Shown: in pieces, positions 36,498 to 50,190 of the stretch
Layout: every line of letters starts with the position of its first letter
Position numbering within the stretch: the first letter of the stretch is position 1
Assembly: GCA_964016885.1 (NCBI GenBank)
Contig: OZ024740.1
Span: 370,202,001-370,266,000, forward strand
DNA: 64,000 nucleotides
Direction of reading: 5' to 3'
From: Eledone cirrhosa
Lineage: Eukaryota
The notes under the pieces: generated by a model
The model's database searches: none
The model's input: only the letters and a program-made list of their open reading frames with translations
What the model was told of the DNA's origin: nothing
Program-made: the position numbers and the translations under genes

Positions 36498-37654
36498 TCT
36501 GCGTCAAGATAATGATCGGCAATTACATTTATAGTAAAATATTTTGTATCGAATTTTGAAAATATTTTGGCACAGATATGTGTCGGTATAAAGTGCAGTG
36601 TAATAATAAAGTTGATCTAAGATTTTACTTATATAGAATCACGAGTTTAACAGACGAAACAGATGAGTATTAATGTTCACAAATCCAAATACCTAGAAAT
36701 ACACACAGAATCACACACGCGAGCGCACAAACACACACACACACATATATATATATATACAAATACATATGTTTATAAAGAACATCTCCAGGTTCTCGCT
36801 GCGGATCTGCGGATGATTGTGAAGAATTATGCATAAAATGTAATTATCATGAGCTAGCTATAAGTAGAATTCTAGAGAATTGAAAACTAGTTATTCTTGA
36901 CTTTTCTAACACGGCCCCTCTTTTGGAATTAGTTTGTTAATGAACGAAATAATGAGAAGGAGAATCTAAATGGAAAAGTCAGATGCAGAGACCAATTGTT
37001 GTGAGTTCCGTGTATGATTATATGATTGCCCTGAAGTAGGCGAATACAAGTATCACTGGCTTTTAAAGACGAGAAAAAGATACATGTTATCACAATGGGT
37101 AGAATGTCGAATGAAATACTATTGTGGTATTGGTTCTCACTCTTTACTTTCTGAGTTCAACAACCTCCCGCCATCGATAAAATTACCAGGAATGAAATGC
37201 AGTTAATATAATCGACTTTCCCTCTTCACATAAACCGCTGGCCTTGTGTCGAAATTAGAAATGTTCAACAGCGTATACAAGAGAAAAGAGTGAAAGTGTA
37301 GAAGGATGTATTAATGTCATGAATGGGGAACGTGAAACACGTTATTATGAACAGGAAGATGAATTTTAAGTACTTGTATATAAGTTCATTGAGAGAATTT
37401 CAGGTAGAAAGTTTGGCAAGGGGTTTGTAGAAGGAGAGGAAATAGATGGCTGAAGTGAGAAGTGTGTGGGCAAAGAGCTTAGTGTAATTGTGAGTAGGAG
37501 GTATAAGATGATTTGGTGATGGGTTGTGTAAACCCGATAATGTTTTCAGATTGAAGGGTAGAAGGTGGTGGAGTGAAGCGTTTGTTGGACCTCCGTCATT
37601 TTGTGGTCGACGCACCATATCACGACGGCGCAACCATTGTCCATATATATATAT

Positions 37655-38065
<411 letters not shown>

Positions 38066-38779
38066 AAGGCTTGTGGTTAGAGAATTGGATTCGCAATATA
38101 TAATGTGTTGGCGTCCCAGCATTGTCTCGGTCTGTCGGCTGGAACATTTTCCTATATATATACACACACACATATGTGTGTGTGTATATATATATAGGAA
38201 AATGTTTAACCGCGATAGCAGAGCTCAACCCGTTTCGACGGCTATTTCCAGAAATAGCCGTTATATATATATATATTATATATATATATATCATCATCAG
38301 CATAATCATTTTACGTCCACTTTTCCTTGCTTGCAAGGTGGGATGGGAACTGATTATGGCTTGATTTCTACAGCTGGATGCCCTTCCTAACACCAACCTC
38401 ATTTACAGTGAGTGCTGTGTGCTTTTTTTCCATGGCACCTCCACGACCACTTTGTAGTAGAATGATAGGGACCCCAGTCCCTATCATCTCATTTCTACAG
38501 CTGAGTATACTGGAGCAATGTCAAATAAAGTGTCTCGCTCAAGGAAACAACACATCACTCGGTCTGAGAATTGAACTCACAACCTTTCGATTGCAAGGCC
38601 AATGCTCGAACTACTAAGCCATGTGCCTGCTATATATATATATAATAAATATGTGCCTCATATATATATACTGTATATAATAAATGTAATCTGAGTTTTT
38701 CGAATATTAATAACATTCGATTCGTTTGCAATTATACAAAACCGGCCATTTATCGCTCGTATACAGGAACCTGACTGGC

Positions 38780-38880
38780 CAGTCTGCTGATATGCAAATC
38801 TGGCTGATCAGTGGATCTGCTAATATGCAAATCTGACTGATCAGCCAGTCTGCTAATATGCAAATCAGGCCGATGAGTCA
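38780..38880 (+). promoter_or_regulatory. Three tandem 33-bp units, each with octamer ATGCAAAT, followed by AP-1-like TGAGTCA (putative internal promoter or enhancer)
   Basis: ATGCAAAT at 38792, 38825 and 38858; TGAGTCA at 38874-38880. The motifs are seen directly; function is inferred. Confidence 0.5.
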
Positions 38881-38941
38881 CTGCATAATTTAGAAAATAG
38901 CATATATTTTCATTAGCTCTGGCAGTTGGCAGGTGAACAGT

Positions 38942-38991
38942 GAGCTGTACTGATGAAGGGTGATACCCAGAAACATTAATGTCTGCAGTTC
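38942..38991 (+). ncRNA. Type I hammerhead ribozyme motif
   Basis: GAGCTGTA-CTGATGA-A GGGT GAT ACCC A-GAAA-CATTAATGT (palindromic ACATTAATGT)-C17 (38983)-TGCAGTTC; 8-bp stem I with two G.U pairs, extendable by GTGAACAG/CTGTTTAC. Confidence 0.88.
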
Positions 38992-39147
38992 TGTTTACAT
39001 GCGAACACAAGAGCAAAAATGAGGGGTTCATTCTACTGACATGGCTATAAAAATGAAGCTTGTTTGTATAATTGCAAAAGAATCGAATGTTAATATTAAT
39101 ATTCGAAAAACTCAGATTACATTTATTGTATTCAGCCCTGTAGAGCG

Positions 39148-39193
<46 letters not shown>

Positions 39194-40519
39194 TAGATCG
39201 ATAAAGTACCAGTGATGCATTGAGGTAATCGCTGGCCTTGTGCCAAAAGTCGAAACAATATATATATATATATCTCCTTTTACTCGTTTACTCTAGTAGG
39301 GTAATTTCTTATAATTGTTAAATCCTGATATAGAAAATAAAATTTTCTTCCCATGAAAAATATGCTATGAAACATTATGAACTTATAACAATATAGATTT
39401 TTAGGAAAGCTAATACATTATATCAAATTATATCTAAAATGAATTAGAAACGACACTATTTAAAACATGTTAAAATACTAAAATGCAAAATGGATTAAAA
39501 ATTATATTTAATATGACATAAGGTGAAGCGAAGTGAATCGACGTGGAGTAAAACGAATTCGCATTAATAAAAAATTGAATTGAAAAATTACAAAATGAAG
39601 TAACGCAAGGCGGTGTTGCTTCGGTAGATTTGGAGACTAACCCATAGTGGCAAGTAATTTTCAGAAATGGCATATTTGCCTTGGACCTCCGTCGATTTCG
39701 TTGACGACTGTTCCAGCTGTTCGAACAAGGTAAGAATCTGCACGTGAAATTAACTTACAAGTAGCTGAGCATTTACTGTTAACGTTGTTCTCATGATGAT
39801 TGAACGTAACACAGTGTGACAAGGTAAATTCCTTGAATTACAGGTACACATTTTTCTAGTTCACTGGACTTCTGCGACACGAGATCCAATGTCTTGTTCA
39901 AAGACACAAGGCGCGGCCTGATGATCGCACCTACACAGAATGGATTTAATAATCTGACAAAGGTGATTGTAAATTTACCAGTCCTTCTTTAAACAAATGT
40001 AAAACATGTGCTGGGGGTGCTTATAGGGGATTGAAATGAAATTTGATGACGAAAACTGTGTATGTTTGAGAGAGGGGGGGGAACAGGCAGACAGAAAGAG
40101 GGTGAGAATGAAAAAGAAATAAATCGAGGTTGGGAAAGAAAGAGAAACTTGAAGAAAGAGAGAGAATTCAAAAGACAATGTTCTGTAAAAGAACATTCTT
40201 CTTCAGCTGCCCTATCTCAATATCATTAAATCCCTCACGCCTTCACCATCCTGTTTTAGCCAACGTGCTTTAGGCCAAGGATCTCAGAGTTGAGGTGCCT
40301 TGTTCGCGGATTATGTTACGATGAATCTCAATCTGTGACGTTGAAATACGGTAACGTTGTTTCAAAGTAAATTTGGAACTGATTCCCAGTATTATTATTG
40401 TTATTATTCTTACTACTACTATCAATACTATTATTTTACTCACACACCTACACACGTATATATTTATATAAAGCACATTGGTTAGTCCTTTGTTGTTTTT
40501 TTTGCAATATATATATATA

Positions 40520-41076
40520 TCATATGTAAACCATGTGCAACCAGGCAGCACTCCATTTTTCTTATATTTATATTTTTTCTTCAGCTGCGATTGTCTGTTT
40601 CTTTCTTACTGCTTCCTCTCTCCCTGTATCTCTCACCTTCTTTTTACCCCCTCTGCCAGTCACACTCTCTCTCAGCTGGCCTCTTCCTCACACTTCCACT
40701 CACTCACTCTCTGCTTCTCCCCCTCTCTCACTTCCTGCCGTTTGACCTGTGTGAAATCCTTTTCTGGCTCACATCTCACCCAGGTCGGATGGTCTGTATC
40801 TCTCGTACATGATTTCACTAAGCTTAAGCTTATAGATATCATGTACTTGTCTCTTCCTATCTTTCCGTTGCAATACCATCTCTGTTTGTTTACATATCTC
40901 GCTCGCTCACCCTATTTTACTTGTCCCAATATATTTATGTAGTTATTGCTCGCACCAACCAGAGGTATATGATTTTTAAAGCGATGAAATACCAATGAAG
41001 GTTGGAAGATCACCGATGAAGGACTAATTTTATTCATATGTAAACCATGTGCAACCACGCAGCACTCCATGTTTCT

Positions 41077-41082
<6 letters not shown>
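40520..41082 (+). mobile_element. TA-embedded CT-rich non-coding element with a ~48-bp direct terminal repeat (pseudo-LTR-like)
   Basis: TCATATGTAAACCATGTGCAACCA.GCAGCACTCCAT.TTTCTTATAT at 40520 and 41034. Confidence 0.55.
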
Positions 41083-41129
<47 letters not shown>

Positions 41130-42399
41130 CTTGCGTCAGTTGACGTTGAAATTAAGTATAAACGTTTTTAAATATGCCTGCCTTGAATTTGCAAAATATT
41201 TTAATTCATTACGTAATACTTCATTACTTAATACATTAAGTATGGATTTCAGTCCCCATTGTCACTGAACTATCTTAAGTAGTTTATTTGCAGATGTGTT
41301 GATGTCCCTTAGAATTTCATAGTAGACTTCTTGTTACTGGCGAAAGGGGTAGAGTTAGTACAGAAACCATGTTTTGTATATATCGTAAATATTCTTTATG
41401 TGATTTCATGAAACCACATTTGGTCTTCTGGTTAATATTAATTCATGAATTTATTCATTTCTTTATTTAAAATGCATTATGTGACTGTACTTGTATGATG
41501 TTTTAGTCCGCGAGTAAGGACGTGCTTGTGCAACGACAGCTCAGTTATTATCTCTTTTGTTTTTGTTGTCAACATTATTCTTCTCGAATCATTGCTTTCT
41601 CTATATCAATCGACTTTCGAAATTCTACTTCTGTGTGACAAGTAAACCGGCTAATGGAAATTCTGTACGCTAATGGAATTGATAAATCCATAGCTGTTAA
41701 ACCTTCAAGGGTGAAAAGTTATACGTGTATGTTGCTTTTCACTTTTAAAATATTCTTCGGTTATAATCTTCATGAAGTACATACAAGTGTTGTCATCTCA
41801 ATAGGGCAACTGACCAGCAATATATACGGTTCACATATGAAAGTGTATCTCTCGGCATGTAACATTTTATGAATATCACAAAGAGAAATGTAAATATTCT
41901 AATATAGACAGTCAATATCACTAAAGATCATTAGAGTCAAACAGAAGTAAGGCTGTCGGTAGCGCTGAATACGTGAAATGGTATAGATATTCGCTGATTC
42001 CATTTTACTTTATTTATGCTTCATTGAAGCCATTCCAGTGGTCGGTAATTCAAGCGGGTAATTGATTTAGAAAAGATTTACTCGTCCCAAGATGTAATTT
42101 CCCACTCTCTTCTAAATACTGTGCCTAGACAAAAACTTTATTCATAGGTAACAAGAAAGTCTGATATAATTCTAGAGTTGAAAATGGATGATGTGATATT
42201 CATGCGTTTTCAAAGGAACATTAAATCAGCACCTAATATGTTTCAGTTGTCAACTGAAACTAGAATGGGAAAAACATAAGCAAAGAAGACACAACGGATG
42301 CCATCTCTAATTCCAATATTATGCTAATTTATCACATGAACAACGGTAATTTTATCCTGAAGGGTGTATCCTAAGTTAGGGTTTCGAAAGAATATTATA

Positions 42400-42460
42400 A
42401 TTGTTTCTACTCTTGGCACAATGCCAGCAAAGTTAACCCCGGCGGGATTTGAACTCAGAC
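42400..42460 (-). mobile_element. Internally deleted OK-like SINE with 17-bp TSD
   Basis: CGAAAGAATATTATAAT at 42385 and 42460; the tail is fused directly to the core. Confidence 0.75.
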
Positions 42461-45400
42461 GAAAGAATATTATAATGCTATTTGGTCTGTTGCCTTCCTC
42501 TTATTCTAATTCACTTGCTTCATTTGTGTTAGGAAACATTGTGTGAAAGACTGTTTTGATGTTATAATTTAGAGGGGCATGGCAAGGGAGGCAGACAATG
42601 CCGGGGTGATATGACAACGGTTATTATCGGGAACATTCTACTGTCGTCCCCCAGATGCATTTCATAGAAAACTTAGAGGAGCTGTAAATTATACCGTAAT
42701 ATCACGTCTTTTCATGATTACCTGAGAGCTCCAATACTTAGTTGAACTAATTCCGCTTGAGCAGTTAATGACTTAAGTAGGATATACGCTTCTCAAATTC
42801 CCGTTTTTTGAGCGTCGTCAAAACAAGAGATTCATGTTCAAAATCAATATTAAATGAAAAGAAGGTTGTGGATTGAAAAGCACATCAAAGTATGTCCCTT
42901 TTATGTTCTCAATGGAAATCCATTCGAGGCCACCTTTGCATTTCGTCCTTCTGGTGTTCGACAAAATAAATAATCTAATACCATCATTCAAAATTAGAAA
43001 TCTGGGGCTTATGCTTGAAATGAATTAGATGGTAAATGTGGGGAACTTGTAGAAGTCGAAGTATGTCCTAGTAAGTTAACTATGGATGCTATTTCGGTGT
43101 TATGTCTTTCAGAATAGCATGAACATCAGATTCCTTATTTTTAAACTTTGTGCAAGAACTTTCAGCTATAAATTGAAATTGCCAAGATATTTGGTAATAT
43201 AAAGGATGAAAAGCAAATAAACAAAATTGAAAATGATTGAACATCAATTACGAATAAAAAATGATTGTTATTCGATTATTAGGATTTATCAACACTAACT
43301 GATCCCAGAACTAACAAAATAGGCCCATAAAGTTCAAGAATAATTGCAGAACATTATCATTGGTTCCGTTTCGTTATGATTCAGATTAGTATAGATATAT
43401 TTTGTTTAATTGCAATGTATATATAGTACCTTGCTACTCATTTTACGTATTTGGGTTTTATATGCCGTAAAGGAAGCTTTATCTTACAACCAACAAATAT
43501 TGGATATCCAGCATCGGTGACATGAAATACTATATGATAAATATTTTCTCTTTGATATGTTGCAGCTTTTGATAAGTTAAGTGAACAGGCTATTTCGATC
43601 AATTAATCGAGAATTCTTTTTATATAGAAAAATATTGTGAATTTCCTGATTCGATTTCCGTTACTATAGATTTATTTGGAAAGAAAGCTATAACATTGCC
43701 TTTCTAGATAGATTTCCGTGTTGTATTTTCTACTTTAGCATCAAATATTTACTTTACGGGTGAAGTGTTCTATCAGAAAATGCAGCAGATACAGATGTTA
43801 AAGGTAAATGCGTAGATAGTGCTGAACTAAAGAAAACAATTTGCCTGCTAGTCCATAGACAATTTACGTGAATTCATATCGTAGCATATCGGTTTACACT
43901 AACGATATTTTAACTAAAAAAAATAATTTTGTTCTCCTCGGCATCATACATGCATAGAACATATATAATATTATTGTTACAAGCACTGAAACTCCAAATA
44001 ATACACCACATGGTTACCTTCCCTGGCGAAAAAGCAACAAGCAACGTTCTTCCTAATAATTTTCTTTGGAGGACGTGTCACAAAATCACACATAAAATAT
44101 ATAGTTTTGGACCTGTTCAGAAGAAAAGAATAATTCACTGAAACTGCTTATTCCCTATGTACTTGTATATAAATGATATACGCCCCATTTACTCTCATAA
44201 TGTTATAGGACTTCCGTCAATCACGAGTATTCGTAGGACTAGGGTTTATCTCAAACGCCCGTAATGTTAATTGGAACACAATTCCAATATATCTGAAGAG
44301 GGAACAAGCCTATCAAAAGAAATTACTTTTCCTGGATTTTCACTTGGATCTTATCCTACAATGTTTTCAATGTACACTTGTAATTTTATGAATCTGAACA
44401 TTTTATATCTTATTGATTGTACAATTTCCATAGCAATATGACAATGTTTGCGGAGGTGTCAATGGTGGTTCTGAATAATTTAATGGTGTTTTGTTTTAAG
44501 TTGGTGACTACCTAAATTTGGTACAATTTTTATATTTGTTTGGGTTTCTATTTTCGAATATTCTTAAGTGTTCAGGTGAGTGAAAACATTATTTTTATCC
44601 CTTTCTCATAATGCGTTTGCTGTAAATCACTTAAATAGTGCATCGTAAATGAAGTGACAATAATATGCTATTGGGATTGTGGTGTTTCCAAACACGTCTG
44701 ACATCTTCGGTGTGAAACACTATATTAAAGTTTTTCTGAGAATTCGAAATTGATTTACATGTCTACTGATATTCCTAGAGCGATGTCTGACTTGGCAATT
44801 TATTTGTTTGCTTATGTTAAAGCGCAAAACCATCTTAGATTATGTTACAATAAGTTCTCTTTAAAAAGACACTAAATATGTCTCGATTAATTTAGTTATC
44901 TAGAGATCTCTGTAAATGATTCCTTTTGTTTCTTTTTTTAGGTTATCCATATTTTCCTGCAAAGTTTGAATTAGTCAATGAAATATTACTAAAAGTCCGC
45001 CTCATCACATCTTGAAATGGAGAACAGACTGATGATCTCAGGAGCAATCCTCCATGCGTCTCTGTGTTAGGCAGCTTCACATATTTCGTCCTTTTCGTGT
45101 CGGACTCCATGACTAAAGCAACTGGCAATATGATTCACATAGCTTGGCTTCTGTCTGCCTCTCTTTCTTTGCCCTTATTGTGGACAGGCGGCAAATCTTC
45201 CTTCTTTCCTCTATTGAATGTCATACGATACCGTACAAGCGACGAATTTTACTCGTACTTGAAAAATAGAGTTACGCTTTTCTTTTTACTGTTTATTGAT
45301 TTCTCTTCCCGTGATTACTGTTGTAGTTTGTTCAAATGAATGTTTGTAATTTCTTTCTTTTAATGAATGATAGATTTTCGAGTTGTTCTTTTTTTAAACT

Positions 45401-45564
45401 GAAAGATTTCGAAGATTTACAAACTATTATCAGAGGAGTGTTTACAGTGCCGTCCCATTGTTATTTCAATGTGATACTGAACATTATTTTGGTTTCGTAT
45501 TGGAAGCATTGTTTTGTGTATTGTGTACTAAAGTTTCTGATTTTGACACAAATCTAATACCTTG

Positions 45565-45740
45565 TGGAGAGGAGATAGTTAATTACATTGGTCCCAGTAT
45601 GTGAATGATACTTATTTTATTGACACCCGAACGCATGAAAGGCAAAGTGGACTTCGGCCGGATGTTAACTCAAAACGTAAAGGACCGTGAATAAATGTCG
45701 GAAATATTTTGTCCAGTGTTCTGATGATTGTGCCAAAACA
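45565..45740 (-). mobile_element. Old diverged OK-like SINE
   Basis: ATACTTATTTTATTGACACCCGAA..CATGAAAGGCAAAGTGGACTTCGGC.GGAT.T.AACTCA.AACGTAAAG. Confidence 0.65.
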
Positions 45741-45934
45741 GTGCATTCATATTGCGTTCTTATCAGAATAATTACTATTAGCAACTTTCTTGTTTTGGTT
45801 TATTAACATCCACCTTAATTGGAATTGCAAAACCTGATAAAAGCTTTCAAATTATTTCTATAAAAAAAGAACATTAGGAAACAACTCAAAGAAAGTGACA
45901 GCGAAACTGTTAAGTTTTTTTTCTTAACACATCT

Positions 45935-45991
<57 letters not shown>

Positions 45992-46394
45992 TATTCAAGT
46001 ATTTCTACAGTAATTAAAGATTGTCTTCTTTGTCTTAGTTTCATGTTGCCACTCAGATTTTGTGTTATTTAAGATTTTAAAGATTAGTTTCAATTATTTC
46101 CAGTCGAATCTACTGCTATCATATTGTTATGTGTTTCCATAATACACTAATTGTATGAACATAATGTAACTATTATTATGCTGATGGAATTCATATACCT
46201 TCTGTTATTGGCTAGCATGACATACTAATATCCCTCTAATCTTATCTCTTTTAAACAATATGTGATTTATATAAGGATTGCGGATACTGGTAAAGGTATT
46301 TTGAATAATACAAGTATCATTTGTCGTATGGTTGAACAGTACACTTATATCTTATATTTGAATTCTAGTACAATCTCATATATACGCATCGGAC

Positions 46395-47795
46395 CGTCTA
46401 CTTCGTCGCCCACTTATTTCTGGGAGGGTCGTGGGATCCTCAAACACTTCTACTGCATCCAGTCAGAAGCAACCAGCTTCAATTTATCCATCTGAATACC
46501 CATGCCTGACTGGCAAGCCCATGGGTGATATCCAACCATCTTGTTCAAGGTCTACTACTGGATATCCTGTCCAGCGATTCTTTGATTCTTTGATTCTAAC
46601 CACATGCCTATAATATTTGATTTGCGATCACTCAATTTGGAGAAGTAACGGCACTACCTGGAGCAACTCTCTGATCTCTGAGATACGCATTATATTCAGT
46701 AACGTTACTCCAAAGTTCATTTCGGCCGCTTGTATTCGCGATCGTATTCTTTCAGTTACTAGATTTAGACGAAGCAGTTGTGACCAGATTTGGGAGGTCC
46801 TACGTTTGTTCATGGCGTTCTCTGAATTAGGATCTCCTTATCATCCAGCATTGTTCTCTTTATCCTGTATGTCGATATGTTGGTTTTCTTGGTTTGCCTG
46901 TTATAAATTTGTAGATAACTAGATGGTGATCAACTTATGAACTTATGGCTCAGCCCATCTTAACACGAATATCCTGCTCAAAATCCAGGAGATCAGACAC
47001 AATAACAAAATATATTACTGATCTCTGTTCCCGATTTCCCTGATACCAAGTGCAATTATGGATGTCTCTGTAGCGAAAGAAGATGTTCATAATAGAGGGC
47101 TTATTTCTAGAAGTGTAGCAAGGCCTCTCCATTCGTATTTAGATCGGGATAGCTGTTGTTTCGATGTCAGGTTTTCGTTGAAGTCTCCCATTAGCATATG
47201 ACTCGGTCTTAATTACATCTGAGGATGTAGTGACTTCATCAAGGTGGGATCTGTATTCGAACTCTCTATTTTCGCACATAAACTTGCTCCGCCGACAGAT
47301 ACCTTTCTTTTAACCTATAAACATATTCCAACACCCGGAGATTTGTGCAGTCATTTCTGGCTCCGGACCTGAATAATAGATTTTTCACTCTTCATTCACA
47401 TATAAGAGCAACTGAACTTTATTGGGGAAACTCCGATTATATGTAGCCTGTAGCATTTGAGCTCCTTCACTATTTCCTGCTTTGTAAACTGTAAGTTTTC
47501 TTTTGGAGTCTCGAGACACACGACGTTTGTGCGTCTATCCCACGCCTCCCAGGACAGCTCTCAGTTTCATCGTTATTTCTCGCAGCGTTGGATGGAGACT
47601 GCGTAGCTACAGTACTGAATTGTGAGGAAATTCGTGGGATCTAAAGGTGTCATCCGTTGTACAATCTCCCCCAGTATTTTACCGTTGTTCGGCCAGGGTT
47701 ATTTATCGGTCGAGCTTGAGACTGCGCATATCGCAACAAACCATAATATCTGGTTGCTTTATCGTTATCCTCCACCTGTGACCCGTTCTCTAACC
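46395..47795 (-). mobile_element. Old internally deleted RTE-clade LINE (5' UTR, APE remnants, RT C-terminus)
   Basis: APE remnants MGDFNE and TWYQG...RSVIYFVIVSD....DIRV; C-terminal RSRIQAAEM.F..GVTLL...R.SEIRELLQV; 5' region homologous to 49688-50190. Confidence 0.75.
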
Positions 47796-48305
47796 AAACA
47801 GCAACCACCGAGGAGCAGTTTTCTTCAATATTTGTTAGTTCTTTTGTTATTTTTGTTTTGTTTATTTACTTAACCAAATCTTGATTAGGTTGTTGAATCT
47901 GAAAAATATTGTGTCATTTTGTAGTAGTGTAATTCGTTTTCATAAAATACTTATTTACCTATGTCTCGATATATTATGATGTTTTTCTTGGTCCCTTACA
48001 CGCGGATAATTGATATTTATCTTGTTTTCATATATTTGTAAATACAAAAGTAGGTAAAGATTGCACGTAGACAGAAAGACTGGAAAGCTATCTTAATGTT
48101 ATGTTTGCCAGAGAGAAAACTTAGATTACGTAGATATAAAAAACGTGACAACAAAGCTTTCTTCCTGTGTCATCTGATTCGATAAAATAAAAGTAATATT
48201 GTTACATTTGGCTTTTTCCATAACCAATTATTTGTCATCCCATTGTGATAGTTCTGGTGTCGAAATATATATTTTATAAGATAGTAATCATAATCTTTTT
48301 TAATT

Positions 48306-48380
48306 TACTACTACTACTACTACTACTATTACTACTACTACTACTACTACTACTACCAACAACACCAACACCTCCACCGC

Positions 48381-48450
<70 letters not shown>
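48306..48450. repeat. (CTA)n followed by complementary (TAG)n
   Basis: Read directly; spacer of about 25 bp. Confidence 0.9.
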
Positions 48451-48451
<1 letters not shown>

Positions 48452-49377
48452 TTGCCGCAATGGCTACAGTTATCGCCGCCGCTATTATAGATATTGTTGA
48501 CTTGAGTATTTTTATAATTGTTTCCTATTTACAATGCATGGCAGATTGCTGCTGTGTGCGCCTTAAGTATGCATAACATTTTGTTTTGGTTTTGTAATTT
48601 CTGTTGTATTAACCGTCTATGTAATATATATGTATTGCCTAATAGTGTTTTACATATTTATATTTCTTTACATATCTATGTTTATATTTATATTTTATTT
48701 GTTTTTTCATTATTTCATTTCATAATTTTCAATCATAGACAAAGCAGGGATTTTTGTCTTTTTACTCTTTGCGCTCTGATTATCTCTATTTGCAGGTTTT
48801 AATATTTTGATATTTTCTACACTCCATTCGGAAATATCATGACGCCAATTGATAATAATCTTTCGATTAGGAGATACGTCGTATTCCGTTTGCCTTTTGC
48901 AATATCATTCGACCTATTGGATGTGTGTCCCTGTCTTTGTGGATTGGCTGAATCCCAGCATTTCTTTGTTTTTGTTTTTAATTCTCTGATATAGTTTCTG
49001 TGATATGTCTAAACCACTTATTTTCACTTTGTATTTCATAATGTTGACAAAATATTCATTATATCATGCCAGTAAACGTGTTCTTTCTACGATTAAACAG
49101 ATGTAGACGATGTGGTTAATTGTTTCTTACTAATCTCAACAAACCTTGCAATTACTTAATCATTTTCATTACTTAATATGTTCTTCGTGAATTTGAGGAG
49201 GAAGCTTTTCATCCTAAGCTGCAATCATAAATCATTCAGTCTTAAGTTCGAGTCTTGCACTGCTCAACCAATGTTGCGATTTACCCTTGTCTGTTTCCAC
49301 CCTACTAGGGATTTTCAGTTATTCACTACATAAATTTAGCACATTGTTTTATTACCATCTTTAAGCCTTCTCATAGC

Positions 49378-49525
49378 TTCTGAGTTCAAATCCCACCGAG
49401 GTTAGCTTTGCCTTTCATCCTTACGGGATCGATAAATAAAGCACCAGTGATACACTGGGATCAATTTAGTCAACTTTCGCCTTTCTTTCAAATTGATGTC
49501 CTTGTGCCTAAAGTAGGAAACGTTA
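49378..49525 (+). mobile_element. Diverged OK-like SINE, followed by a minus-strand RTE scrap (49530-49640)
   Basis: TCTGAGTTCAAATCCCACCGAGGTTAGCTTTGCCTTTCATCC; TCGGCCGCTTGTATTC.CGATCGTATTCTTT matches 46722-46752. Confidence 0.65.
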
Positions 49526-49687
49526 TTATTCGGCCGCTTGTATTCACGATCGTATTCTTTCGGTCATTACCCAAGATTCCTGACCATAGGTAAGGGTTGG
49601 CAAGAATACCGAATTGAAGAGAGTAAGTTTGGCTTTTACGCCTACCTACCTTCATCTGATTAACGAATTACTCGGCAGAGCTATTTT

Positions 49688-50190
49688 GCTAGAGAGCGGG
49701 TCGCAGGTGGCGGATAGCCACCAGATATGATAGCTAGTTGCGATATAAACGGGAACTGCCGGACGAATAAGCAACCCCGGACCAACAGCGTTATACTTCT
49801 GGGGGAGATGAAGCAATGGGTGACATCTTTAGCTGCCAAGAAAACTCTGGCAACGCAGTGATGTAGCTACAACGAGCTCAGTACACACCACCTCTAAAAG
49901 AGCGTAGTATTCGTGGGTTTCGAAAAGTACCAGATTGGTGACTGGAGAGAATAAGACCACTGGAACTGAAATTGCATATGACGAGGAAAACAATAAAACA
50001 CTATATCGCACCATCCTTCGCACGGGTTAACTAGACCTTATGTAGAGGTGCCTGTTAGAAAGATATATTGCAGTCTTCATTTGATGCAGCAAAAATTAGC
50101 GATGAGCTTGCGACTTGTCCCGGGAGGCGTGGGATTAATGCACAAAGATTACGTACCCGAGACCCTAAAGAGGGTCCAGAAGGGAGCAAA
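49688..50190 (+). mobile_element. RTE-type 5' UTR fragment
   Basis: CAGGTGGCGGAT...CCAGATATGA..GCTAGTTGCGATAT...GAATAAGCAACCCCGGAC resembles RTE 5' UTRs (from recall) and is collinear with the reverse complement of 47500-47795. Confidence 0.6.

Larger units (their letters stand above)
38671..39150 (+). mobile_element. Fold-back element with ~70-bp inverted ends (38671-38740 / 39063-39135), three octamer-bearing 33-bp repeats and a hammerhead
   Basis: ATAAATGTAATCTGAGTTTTTCGAATATTAAT..CATTCGATTC.TTTGCAATTATACAAA is mirrored at the right end; TA flanks on both sides. Confidence 0.85.
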
